DNA from: Eledone cirrhosa
Taxonomy: Eukaryota
Direction of reading: 5' to 3'
Assembly (NCBI GenBank): GCA_964016885.1
Contig: OZ024743.1
Coordinates: 254,634,001 to 254,698,000 of the forward strand
Length of the DNA: 64,000 nt
Shown here in pieces: positions 51,925 through 64,000 of this stretch; the first letter of the stretch is position 1, and every line of letters starts with the position of its first letter. A program made the translations under genes and the position numbers. The notes beneath the pieces were generated by a model. That model ran no database searches. It was not told where the DNA came from and saw only the letters and a program-made list of their open reading frames with translations.

Positions 51925-52947
51925 ATTGAAACTTTGTAATATTGTGAAATATTGGTACCCTAAACATCTGTGTAACCCTGATCTTAGAATAGATAAACTC
52001 TGTTTTTCAGTGTTGTAAAATTTAATTAAAACGGTTTTAACTTGAAGGGCATCTAGCTGAAAAATGCTATCTTGAAAATGCCATCCAACATATGGACAAA
52101 GTTCAATGTTTTGTAGCTGCTAATGACCCCTGTTGCCATTTATATGTAGATTTTACCTGATTTTCTAGGCTACTAGTTATTGACTGTAGTTACAGTTATT
52201 TACTGAATTTGAGATTGCTACCTTTTCAAAGATTACAAAGTTTCAATTTAACCCTCTGCTTATATTTTCAATGAATCATTTGAAAAACATAATTTTATAT
52301 GAATCTTATTTTAAGTTACTATCTTTGAGTGTTCTCAGAGAAAGCAGTTCCAAATACCAGGTGTGACAGCTGACCAAACTGTAAGAGGAAATCATCTTAT
52401 TTGGGGAAATAGGGTGCATAACTGGGTTACACATTGTAGAGCTAATTTAAAGTGCTAAATAAGAAAGAATCACCTCTGGACAGACATACAAATTGCAAAG
52501 CACCATTGATAGATTGTTATCCATGCTACCAACCAGACATACTTCTAGTTAAATAGGTAGATACATAGCTGAGATAAATTCTCCTTTCAAGCTAAATTAT
52601 ACTACATATCGATTGTTGTTATTGCTTCAAACTTATTGATATCTCATCAATTAATCAATATCGTTTTTATTCAATATAGCTTTAACTAGATAAGTTTAAT
52701 GTAATATTAGATTGGACGAAAAATCTATAAATTAGTACAACCATAAAAAACAAATTTGTTTTCATACACATAAATACATGTAGAGAGTAGCATCAATGTA
52801 CAATGTACACTCAAGCATATATATATATACACACACACATACACACACACACATATATTAGCAAGGAAAACCAACATCAAATAATGAGTATATTTATGTA
52901 TATATATATATGTGTGTGTATACAAACATACATATCATCATCAGTTA

Positions 52948-53875
52948 AAAGAAATAATGAAAAGTATTGTGTATAGTACTCAGATGTATTTCAACTCATC
53001 AAAGGTGCATGTATAGTACATAGAATAATGTACAAATATCAGGAAAATGAACAGTTTATGAGTTATGATATACACAGACACACACAAACATGTGTGCATG
53101 TGTATGGAGGGGGAATATCAGGTGTAGTGTTGGTATATTTTGGGAAGGATGCATTGCGCTATAGCTAACAACTGATGCAGGTAGTTTGTTACATGTTTCA
53201 GCAACTCTGTGCATGAAAAAAATGTTACCGAAAATCATGGGAGCTGTACTCATGTTCATGGGTGTTAGACATACTGAATTCAAAAAGGTACTTGGGGTTG
53301 TTGTTGTTGGAAAGATGGTTAATAATCTTGTGGATGTCTACCAAGTCTGTTGTCAAACGTCAGAGCTTTAATATATCTATTCCCACTATGCCCACTTTGA
53401 ATGCCTGCAAGGCATTCAAAGTTTGGTAGATGCCTGATGGAAGGTATTCATTTGGTTGCACATTGCTGAACAGTTTCCAGGAGATCAATAATCTAAGCTA
53501 GGTTGGGGTTCCAGACTGGTGATACAAATTCTAAGAGTGAACACACCATAGATTTATACAGCTTACTGATTAATGCTAAGGTACACTTGACCTTCTTGAC
53601 AATTTTAGAGATGTGCTTTGTCTAATGCAAATCACTGTTGACAATAATGCCCAGGTCATGTTCACAAGAAGAATTTTTTAGATTAGTTTTGTGGAGGGAG
53701 TATGTGAACACTGGGTTTTTCCCAAAAATAAATGCATGGTGGTACACTTGTTATCAGACAGCTTGAGTTGCCAGTCCATAATCCATTGCTGCATTTTGTC
53801 CAGGTCTCTTTGGAGGAAAGATCTATAGCATACAGGATCTTTCCATTTTATCTCAAGGTACAGCTTGATGCCATC
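52948..53875 (-). mobile_element. Decayed CR1 3' fragment
   Basis: IKLYLEIK...DLDKMQQWIMDWQLKL, RVAETCNKLPASVVS; 3' UTR like 8520-8670. Confidence 0.88.
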
Positions 53876-54121
53876 AGTTTTCTGGTTAGCAAGGGTTGGA
53901 TGTGCTGTCATATACCACAGCAGTAATGAATTGGAGCTTTTGCGAGTAGTCTGGTCAAAGGTGGCTCTGCTACACTATCACACAACTACCCATTTAAAGG
54001 CTTATTTAAATTAAAATCTTTCAAAATAATTTCATGTGATGAATTTTGACAATATTTGCAGTGTTAATAGGGTCACATATTTATGACTCACCTTTGGTGA
54101 TATTGAAATATAAATATAGCA

Positions 54122-55005
54122 ATTAACCTTTTGTTATCAAACCAACTGAAACCATTCCCATGGTTTGGAGTTACAAATTTGTTTATTTTAATGTTTTATA
54201 TCTATCTAGACACCTTCCATCATAATTTTATGTAACAACTTTTGCTAAGTTATTAATCTCCCAAATTATTGATTCCCAACCGCCAAATTATTTGAAAACT
54301 ATCAACAGTGTCTTTCATTAGAAATATTATAATGAAAAGGTCAATATATATATATTTTTTTTTTTTCCTGAATACTCTCAAACCTTTGCTGAGTTATGCT
54401 CCAAACATCAACTTAATAATGAGGAAGTTATATTACAACTTTACTCCCCAAAATAAATTCTTATTTTCAAAAAGATTTGAAACTCTGAAGCAATGTCTTT
54501 CATTAGAAATACAATAAATAAATAATTAGTATGTAACTCTGTACAGACATATTTTTTCTCAGAAAATATTTTACAGAAAATGTAAAATATATAATATATT
54601 ATACATGTGGTATTTACAGCTTAATCCTTTTGATACCAAACCATCCTTGGTTCTCCATCATAATTTTATGTAACAATTTTGTTTAGTTATGTTCCAAATA
54701 CCAGCTTAATGAGAAACACAGTTATATTACTAAATCTCTCCATATTCTTTATTATTTTCAAAATTATTTGAAAATTATAGGCAGTGTCTTTCATTAAAAA
54801 TCTGGTAATGAAAGGTTAAGTGTTTATACTTATCAAAAACCCTTTCATCATAATTATTTGCTAAGTTATATTCCAAATACCAACTTGATAATGAGAATGC
54901 CAGTTATATTATTAAATTCCTCCAAATTCTTGATTTTTTCCCCCAAAATTATTTTTAAACGATAGGTAGTACTTTTCATTAATTATTCATAAACAAAAGG
55001 GTTAA
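54122..55005 (+). mobile_element. Cluster of TTAA-bounded MITE-like units (piggyBac-like termini)
   Basis: Left ends ttaaccttttgttatc (54123) and ttaatccttttgatacc (54621); right ends ggtaatgaaaggttaa (54819) and aaaagggttaa (55005). Confidence 0.55.
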
Positions 55006-56154
55006 GTACATAATTATCTTTCGACTTCTCCATTTTTACAAAATTAACTTTTGACAATCAGACAATTAGAAGATGTTGATAACCAAATAATACTGGATTG
55101 CAGAAACTGTGATAACATCATCCATAACTACCATGACATTAACAATGAAAAAATAAAACTCAAACCAAAACAAAACAAAACACAAAAAAAAAACAACACA
55201 GATTCAAAAATAGTGAAAAACTAAAAATATGACAACTATGCAAAATTAATCAATTCCATTGACTATATTTCCAATAAGATTGAAAACATTGGTGATTTTT
55301 TTTTTAGTGGGTTCAATAAATCATGACTTTCAGAATTTGGAAAGACAAAAGTTTCATTCCTAAACAAAACAAAAACAAAATGTAAGAATACGAAAATGAA
55401 AATGAAATGAAATGGAATGAAATCTTTAAATTGTTTTCAAAGTGATTTTGGTTTACATTTTTATGAAAATTATTTTCCGAATATTCATTTATTATTAATG
55501 ATCTAGCAAACTTTAAAGTTTTCTCTAAATTCTCAATCTGGTTGCTCATAAATCATCTATGAATTTTTATAAATATATGTTTGCTGTTTTGTCTAAACTA
55601 CTGTCTGCTTGTAGTTCCAGAAATAGTGGAGGGGTGGGATATAAAACATAGATAGATATGATGATGATAGATAAAAGGCAATGAAGAACAAAATAAGCTA
55701 AATTGTTGAAAACTGAAACCTGTCGACTAAAACAGAATTTTTAGTGGAAGACCTCTGTAAATATGGCAAGGCACTCTGTCATTGCATATTTTATGTGTAT
55801 ATCTGTCTTTATGTATGCATACATATGTGTGTTTTATGAATATGTATGATATGGTTGAGTGTATGTATGTATACATATGTGTGTGTTATGAATGTGAGTG
55901 AGTTAGGAATATGCATGTGTGAGTGTGTTATGAATATATGTGAATGTGTGTGTTATGAATAAATGTGTATGTTTGTGTGTTATGAATATGTATATTATAT
56001 TTCTACATTAGGTAGAAATATATCTTTCAATTTCTGACAAATAGAATGTAGGTGCAGCTGTTTGGTTTCAGGCTCATAAAGTACCAACCAAGTAAAATCT
56101 TGATTTTTCCCTGGCCCCAAACATTACTGGCCTTGTCTAAAATTAGAAATCATC

Positions 56155-56370
56155 ATTATTATTATTATTGTTCTTTAAGTCTCAGTCATTGATGTTATTT
56201 AACTGGAAAGTTTGGTGAAATGAATATCAAGCCACTACCTGCAGCTTCAGACATTCAGGACGTAGCGGAGGATTCTTGCTATTCCCAGCAAGCATGCCTT
56301 TTGAAGTGTTCCAAATAACGGGGTTGGACCAATCTTCTTTAAACATCCTTGGAAACCCTTTGAGATAGTA
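56155..56370 (-). mobile_element. R4/Dong-like non-LTR retrotransposon 3' end next to a (TAA)n repeat
   Basis: Minus strand: EHFKRHA in one frame, LQKACLLGIARILRYVLNV* in the other (the characteristic QK..LLGTA.ILR.VL terminus), then a short UTR and (TAA)n. Confidence 0.7.
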
Positions 56371-56489
56371 TCTAGTGCACCTGCATGACACAGTCACCTG
56401 ACCTAGCATTGCCCACAACAGGACAACTCGTCTAACCCAATTATTATTATTATTATTACTATATATATAAGAAACCATTATTATTATTT

Positions 56490-56820
56490 GATTGGCAGTA
56501 TCGGTAGAGGGTCGGACACCATGCTTTGAGTTACGGCCCTTGCCATTCTGAGTTCAAATCCCGCCGAGGTTAACTTTGCCTTTCATCCTTATGAGGTCGA
56601 TAAAATAAAGTACCAGTAATGCACTGAATAATTGCTGGCCTTGTGCCAAACGTAGAAACAATTATTATTATTATTATTACTCTTATTATTATGTTAACCT
56701 CCCGCCAAGGTTAACTTTGCCTTTCATCCTTACGGGGATGATAAAATAAAGTACCAGTAATGTACTGGGTAGTTGCTGACCTTGTGTCAAAAGTAGAAAC
56801 AATTATTATTATTATTATTA
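56490..56820 (+). mobile_element. Tandem SINE copies with (ATT)n tails
   Basis: One full and one 5'-truncated copy of the 45190/51640 family. Confidence 0.85.
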
Positions 56821-57368
56821 TGGAATAAAAAGGGCATGGTTTGGCAGTATTGTTAGAGTATCAGACAAATTGTTTTACAAATTTCTGGCCTTGTGCCAAT
56901 GTTAGAATGAATTATTATTATTAAAGAATAAAGATTAGATTTGACAATATTTCTTGTATGATGATTCTGACCAGGGCCTCGGTTTTGTAATATGTATGTT
57001 GGTACATCAATCTAAAGCCTGGAGGTGCAAATATCTGAATACCTACCACCCAAACTTAAATAAAAAACAATTTTGGGTGAAAATTGCCCCGATCAGTTTT
57101 GTTTGTTCTGTCTTGCAAAATTTTGTTCTGGGTTTCTCTGATGCTGTCTGTTCATTCTCTTCAAACCTTATATATAAGGGCTTCATATAGTAAAAACCAT
57201 TAAGAATTTCTATCATGTTTGTCAATAACATAGATACCCCTTTATCGACTTGTGTACATATAGGTCATTGGATTCTAACCCTCCTTTTATTGTTAAATCC
57301 TTATACATTTTCCCAGAAATCACAAAACCCACATTTATATCTTACAGACAATACCTAACCAATCTAAT

Positions 57369-57497
57369 TTTAACCATTTCATTACCATACTTTTTATTAT
57401 AAAAGGTTTTTAGATCAATGAAAACACTTTAAAACAAATACTTTTGTATCATAGAACCAGGGGCTGTTTCAGGCAGTTTAATATCAAAAGGGTGAAT
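57369..57497 (-). mobile_element. Short internally deleted MITE-like copy
   Basis: ttaaccatttcattacc...tagaaccaggggctgtttcagg...tatcaaaagggtgaa. Confidence 0.5.
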
Positions 57498-58559
57498 TAG
57501 AAAATTAACTGAAAAATTGTTTTAAAAAAGAAATTTATTTGTATAAAGAAGCCCGATAATAATTTTGTTTGATGCCTCTTGCAAACTTTCTTTCAGAGTC
57601 CTCTTGATGCTGCCTATTCATTCCCTCCAAACTTTCCTTTCACTAAATTTAGGGACATCATAGAATAAAAAATAGTTTATGTCATTTCTCTCTCCTCTAT
57701 CACAGATATAAAGAAGGAGGCATGATGGCTGATGAGAAATGTCAGTTGAATAAACTAATGAAATTAGCTTAATAAAGGATAGTTGATATTCCTCTAGCAT
57801 TGTCCAGCTGATGTTTCACAATGAAATTGGATCTTGATGGATCTTGATATGTTGACCAAATGTCGAAATTAACAGTACATTTGTGTATATATATATGGAG
57901 TGTATGTGTCTGGTGTTTGTGTGCTGCATATGAACTGTGTGTATGTATCTAGGTATATCTGGAATTATAGAGTTTTGTGTCATATATTGTGTGAGTATGT
58001 GTGTGTTGAGTGTTGTGTGCTATCTCAGTGCTATGTGTGTATGCATCTATGTGTATATGTGGTGTTTTGTATGTGTATATGTATGGATCTGTATGTATAT
58101 GTGGTGTTTTGTATGAGTATATGTATGTGCCTGTTTGATAATAAAAAGAGCTGTGAGTGAAACACTACTCCATTACATAAAACAATCTCCTTATTTGATA
58201 TTTGACATTTATTTCTAATGTCTTCTCATTAAGAGAGAGAGTTACAAAAAAGCAATAAAAATTGTTAATTTACAAACAACGAATCATGAGAAATATAGAA
58301 AGGAAGAAGAAAAAGAGAAGTGGGTGATGATGAAATTCCTCACTACATTGAGTTGATTTCATAATATAAACCGTCACTCTACCACTGAAGACTCCACACC
58401 CGACCGGACCTCTAACTTATAATATGAGCCTCTCTGCTACTCTAATTTACAAAGAACATCAACTTTTTACCTACCTCATTGTTGAAGTTTGACCTCTTTC
58501 AGTTCTGATAATAAGTGGCAAGTGTTCCTGGTATTTGAGCATTGAAACTGCTTGCTCTT

Positions 58560-59395
58560 AAAATTAATGTGCAAGTGGCTGAGCATTGATGTTGTTCTCG
58601 GGGAGATTTAGTGTGTGACAAAACTAGCCATTTGAATTACAGGTAGAACCCATTTTTTGCCAGATGAGTGGAACTAGAGCAATGTAAAATAATGTATCTT
58701 GTTTAAAAATAGTTTCTACTATAGGCACAAGGCCAGCATTTCTGGGGAGGGGAAAGTCAATTAAATCGACTCCAGTGTATTACTAGTACTTTATTTTCTC
58801 AACCCCTTAAGGATAAAAGGCAAAGCTAACCTCGGCGGGATTTGAACTCAGAACATAAAGGGCCGTAACTCTATGCTGCAAAGCAAGGTGTCCGACGCTC
58901 TGCCAATCCACTGCCCTTATCTTGTTTAATGATACTGAAAACATGCTCCTATGAATTGAAATCACCCAGCCCTACAATCATGAGCTAAGCACGCTAACCT
59001 CTATTCCAATCACTTGCAACCTTAGTATAATTCTCAGAAGGATTCAATATGAGACAATATACAAAGTAATTTTTTCCAGCTGAGCAGAATGGAGCAATGT
59101 GAAAAGAAGTGTCTTGCTGAAGGACACAATGCACTGCTAAAATTAGAAATTATTACATTACATTTCTGCACTGAACTCTAATCCCTATTCCAGTTAAGTG
59201 CACTCTTCACATAGTTCTCAGGGAGATTCAGCATGACACAGTTTGTGACACTGCTATAACTAATTTTTTCAAGCTGAATGGACTAGAGCTATGTGAAATA
59301 CAGTCTTCTTGCTTAAGTATACATGTTTCCAGGAATTGAACATGTAAGAATATGACTTTGAGCAAATAACCGAACCACTGAGCTACATGCCTGCA
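58560..59395 (-). mobile_element. Cluster of nested SINEs (two families)
   Basis: The 58712-58915 SINE interrupts another SINE (tatcttgtttaa flanks both sides); further gagcaatgtgaaa..aagtgtcttgct copies follow. Confidence 0.7.
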
Positions 59396-59699
59396 CTTTA
59401 GCTACCTTTATATTCCATTACATTTCAAACTGCATTTCTAACTTCCTTTCTATTACAAATGTCTAAAGGGATCTGTTCAACAGTCCAACTTCTTTGTAGT
59501 AATGTCCATAAATAAGTGTTGTATTTTAACCCTATCCCATCCCAGTGCTGCCATTATCTGCTAATGGAAGGTTCATAAATCAATTAATTACATCCAAACC
59601 TTAGCAAAGAACACACAAAAGTATTCCACCTCTGCTCACCACTGCCAATTTTTGAGTGAGTTTTCCTCTTTTACTGATTAATATTGAAACTATTACAAT

Positions 59700-60085
59700 A
59701 GTGGCTGTAATAGTAGTAGTAGTAGTAGTTGTAGTTGTAGTGGTGGTGGTAGTGGCAATGATGGTGGTAGCAGTGTTGGGGGTGGTAGTAGTAATAGCAT
59801 TGGTGCATCTAGATGTATTGGTGGTGGTATTATTAGTAATGGTACTGTTGATAGCAGTGATCTTAGTGGTAGTGGCAGTGATATTGGTGTTAGTAGAGAT
59901 AGCAATAATAGTAATAGTGAGGATGATGGTGGTGGCTGTGGTAGTAGTAGTAGTAGTAGTAGTTGTATTTGTGCTGCTGGTGTTGATGATGGTGGTAGTA
60001 ATTGGTAGTAGTAGTATTGGTATTGTTGATAGAAGTGATCACAGTGGTGGTGTGATGGTAGTGGTAGTAGTAATAATAATTATAG
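59700..60085. repeat. Degenerate (GTA/GTG)n low-complexity tract
   Basis: Source of the poly-Val ORF. Confidence 0.9.
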
Positions 60086-60809
60086 TGGCAAAGGTGTCTG
60101 TAGAAGGTGCATCTAAGTTGTTTTCATTAGAATATTTAGTGGGTAGGTTGGTGGGTGCTGGTTGACATAGTCCATTATGTAACAATTGTTGACCACCAAT
60201 ACCACTCTAGCATACCATTCTACCATACTTGGCAGTGTATTATTACAAAAAGCCTTTTTATAGCTTCACCAGCTCGTGGACTCTGGAGAATTTGGGTTTG
60301 TTTTCATTTAAAAACTAGCAAATCATGTTTATGACATGCCATGAAGGTTATTATAGAAGAAAGGTGAGGCTTTTAGATCAGTCTCTGGGGAGGAGGGGTG
60401 CAGGGGATGAGATGTGGCGGCAGGATCCAGGATGAAATGATGATATGGTTTAGATGAAATGACAGTTATGGGACTTTCAGTTAACTCATTTGGAAAAAAA
60501 AAAGAACAAAAGTTCTGTCATTGCTATTGTTTGTTTTTGAGGTTTTGGAGCAACAAAGGGAGAGAAGAAAGACTAACTAGGGAATTGTGGGATTTAGCCA
60601 GGCTGTAATGGAACAAATTTTGACACACATGGACAAACAATTTCTTGGGAAGATTTCTATTGATTAAAGTTGGCATTTAATGTGTGTGCATGTGGTTGAA
60701 GGTGGGGTGGGGATGTTGGGGAGGGGGGGGGGGGGGGGTCAGTGTGTTGGGTTGTTTTATATCACTGCTATCTTTTGGTTGGAATCAAATAGGGAATTTA
60801 TTAAATGCT

Positions 60810-61170
60810 ATCATCATCGTCGACGTCTTCACCATCACCGTAATCATCATCTTCACCATTACAATCATCATTATAACCATCATAGTCATCATATATTTTA
60901 TCTTCGTCATCAGGCTAACCATCACAATCATTATCATAACCATCATTGTTATAGTCATCATTATGACCATCTCACTCATCAATGTAACCTTCATAGTCAT
61001 CAGTTATCATTATCCTAACCATCATAGTCATAATTATAATTATCATAGTCATCATGTTAACCATCATCATCATTATAGTCATTATTATAAGTATCATCAT
61101 CATAGTCATCATTATAACCATCACAGTCATCATTATAATTATCATAACCATCATCTTCATTATAACCATC
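60810..61170. repeat. Degenerate (CAT)n low-complexity tract
   Basis: Source of the poly-His and poly-Ile ORFs. Confidence 0.9.
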
Positions 61171-62574
61171 AAAGTAATGAACTTCCTCCTTCCCCAGTAA
61201 TGTTTATCAATATTATTATTATTGTTGTTGATTTTGGTTGATATAGGGTCTCCTTTGGTATTATTGTTGTTCTTGCTGTTAACATCATTGATGTGATCTT
61301 CACCACTACCATTACTACCACCATTATCATCACCAACACCACCATCCTAATTGCCACCATTGCCAGCACTATTATCAGTAACACTACCATTATAACTGCT
61401 CAGATGCACTTTCATTACCTCCATCAAACTCCCCCACCACTTCTATCATCCTTATCATTGTTGCCATCATCATCACCACCACATGTTTGTTCAAGTTAAA
61501 TGGACTCTTTTAGCTGAGAGTCATAACCATAGTAACAAAGATTTGATGTAATTACATGTGTGAAAATCAAAGACAATAATACATACTTCAATTGCATTGA
61601 CAATGATACATCCCACAAAACATCATACCATCATAAATAATGACAAATCTGGGCACTACCACCTGTAATGCTGAGAGCAAGATAGCCAAATATCAGAATT
61701 GATGGTCCACTTCCCTTTTGTGCTGGCTACTGTCAAAACCTCATGCGTACTTGGTTCCCAGGTTGCTTTTTTTCCTCCCCAAAGTTTGGAAGAGTGGATC
61801 CTTCCTGAGCAAGGTGCCTCCATGATGTTGCTGGCTGTTCTCCACAGCAATGCCTCAACCATTTTGAGGGGAAACTGAGTTATACCCCTAGACAAGGTGT
61901 AGCATCTGCCACTCCTTTAACTCCTCTTTTCTTTACACAAATTGTAACATCCCTATTTAGGGTAAAAAAACTAGTTTATGCCCTAAGAATCTCAAAACAC
62001 AAATACATGTCTTTAATCCATTCATTACCATATTTCTAATAAAAGCCTCTGCTTATTTTTGAAAATAATGAAAAATTTTAAGGATTTAACTATTAACATC
62101 TTGTCTTGCATGAAAACAACATTAACAAGTTATTCTTGAAAAGTATAAAACAGAACTATGACTGCAATACATTAAGAATTAATATCTTTACTCTAATACT
62201 GTAAATAATCACAATGTTCTACCTATCAGTACAGACTCTACAAACATACAAATTAATGAACCTATTTTAGATATTTTATGTTAAATTGTTTCAGAAAGTT
62301 AAGTTAATAATCTAACTAACTATCTCATTATTAAGTTGCGGTTTGGAGCATAATTTAACAAATGTCCTTATATAAATATATGTTGGAAGCTATTTAGATA
62401 AATATAAATATTTTAAACCTGAACCTATCTCTGGTCCTATGACACAAAACTGTTTGTTTTAAAAGTGTTTATATTTATCTAAACCTTACAACATATCATG
62501 TATGGTGTACCTATCTAAGCTAGATACACACATATGCTTTCTCTTCTTGATTAAGTGATGAAAAAATATGCTTA

Positions 62575-62895
62575 CAGAATTAAATCAACAAAAGATATTT
62601 AAACCCAATATTTATTTAGTAGTTTGAACACAATATCTAAAAACTATTTCACTATAAAATTATACACCTGAGTAGATAAACAGTCTAATTTTACTGAATA
62701 TTTACATTTAAAAAATTACTTTTTAATCTATATTTTATATAACAAATCAATAGATATAAAAACAAACTGTAGATTTGATTCCTTATCTATTGAGAAATAA
62801 AGATTTGTTGATTGATTTGGTTATTTTTAAAATTCCTGTTTAAAATATAGATTAATCAATTAAGATTGAAAAAGAAAAATGAAAATAGAATGTTC
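62575..62895 (+). repeat. AT-rich dispersed duplicate, copy 2
   Basis: Aligns with 38225-38515. Confidence 0.85.
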
Positions 62896-62899
62896 AGGA

Positions 62900-63055
62900 A
62901 TGGCTATGTGGTTCACCTAAAGGAGTTCATCTAAAAACTATGTGGTTTCCAGTTCAATTATTTGCGGCATCTTGAGCAAGTGCCTTTTACTATATAGCTT
63001 CTGTTTGACTAATGCCTTGGTAGTGAAATTTAGTAGACAAAAATTGCAGAAGTCT
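62900..63055 (+). mobile_element. Decayed SINE
   Basis: tggctatgtggtt...ccagttcaatt...ggcatcttgagcaagtgccttttactata. Confidence 0.55.
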
Positions 63056-63074
63056 GTTAAATAGATATATATAT

Positions 63075-64000
63075 ATATATAGTATAAAAGAGAAAACACC
63101 GGTAAGCATTAAGAGAAGGATTTAATCCAGGTATTTACGACCGTTTCATTGGTAAGTGCAACCTTATATTGCTATACTGCAAATAGCAGCCACTCAATTA
63201 TAATTGTTGTTCACACAAGTCACGCAGTAGAAAATATATTTGGTATAACCCCATATTTAACACCTCTATTAGTACTAACCTACCCTCTACTTTCTTTAGA
63301 ATAATAAATAGGCACATTCCAGATTCACATAGATACAGCAAAATCCTTAACACTAAATCTATTAGACTATCCTACTCCACGGCACCAAATATAGAAGCAC
63401 ACATTAAGATGCTTAACGCTAAAAAGATACATAACAGCACCAAAACACAAATTTACAACAATAACAATACAATTACCACCGAACACAACGGAATATCTAA
63501 TACACAACCACCCGCTAATAGGCAAACAAAACGTAACACACTTGTACAGGCATCGCAGCCCACAAATAATGCCAAAGTTGCCCATAACAAGAAATGCAAC
63601 TGTCACCTACCTGAAACCTGTCCATTACAAAATGAATGTATGCAGTCTAACCTGGTTTACCAATGCACAGTGGAATCAGACAACCAGAAATGGTATTACA
63701 TCGGAGCGACTGGGAATACTTTTAAAGCTCGTTGGTATACACACCGTTACGCAATGAAACATTCCCAGCACCGTTATGTAACTACCCTTGCAAACAAGAC
63801 CTGGCAACTGAGGGAAAGTAACCATCAATACACCCTGAAGTGGAAAAAATTATCGAACGCACCCCCATATCGGAGTGGTATGAGAAGCTGTCGATTATGC
63901 GACCTTGAGCTGTTCCACATCTTAAGTTCGAAGAATATGTTACTCAACAATAAAATTGAGAGATCAATTTACTGTAACCATAGACTCAAAGAGAAATTTT
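63075..64000 (+). mobile_element. 5'-truncated PLE (Naiad-like) with a probable inverted terminal piece; runs off right edge
   Basis: Follows (TA)n. 63075-63185 has the minus-strand half-hammerhead GAAA-CG gu CG-UA, followed by an open endonuclease frame. Confidence 0.85.
63187..64000 (+). CDS. PLE thumb/linker plus GIY-YIG endonuclease reading frame (partial, no stop within the window)
   Basis: RKYIWYNPIFN..ISTN...RLSYST.PN...KCNCHLPETCPLQNECMQSNLVYQCTV...YYIGATGNTFKARWYTH...TTLA...W...CRLCDLE...LLN...CNH. Confidence 0.85.

Noticed and set aside
57597-57668. Possible terminal exon (SPLDAAYSFPPNFPFTKFRDIIE*)
   Set aside because: Supported only by an acceptor-like tract; not distinguishable from chance.
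59656-61499. Poly-Val, poly-His and poly-Ile ORFs
   Set aside because: Translations of degenerate trinucleotide microsatellites.

Overview
AT-rich eukaryotic (animal) genomic DNA made almost entirely of repeats. The SINE, RTE and (TA)n/(CAT)n content suggests a cephalopod such as Octopus, but that is inference. I found no confidently supported host protein-coding gene, rRNA, true tRNA or CRISPR array, and most listed ORFs are microsatellite or antisense artefacts. The window holds many decayed retroelements: RTE LINEs (two long copies of one family facing tail-to-tail, several other copies, and a Rex3/Expander-like copy), CR1 LINEs (one nested inside an RTE), CRE-like and R4/Dong-like fragments, Penelope-like elements (PLEs) of about three types, tRNA-derived SINEs and a TTAA-bounded MITE-like repeat. 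Four things stand out. (1) A near-complete type I hammerhead ribozyme at 6761-6810, plus several more PLE-derived hammerhead motifs, often in fold-back mini-elements next to (TA)n. (2) A 5.1-kb palindrome with two ~1.87-kb arms built from PLE remnants. (3) A C4HC3 PHD-like zinc finger inserted inside the RTE reverse transcriptase. (4) A stop-free PLE GIY-YIG frame that runs off the right edge and is missing from the ORF track. All alignments were done by eye. Boundaries of decayed repeats are approximate (tens of bp) and clade names rest on remembered motifs, not database searches.
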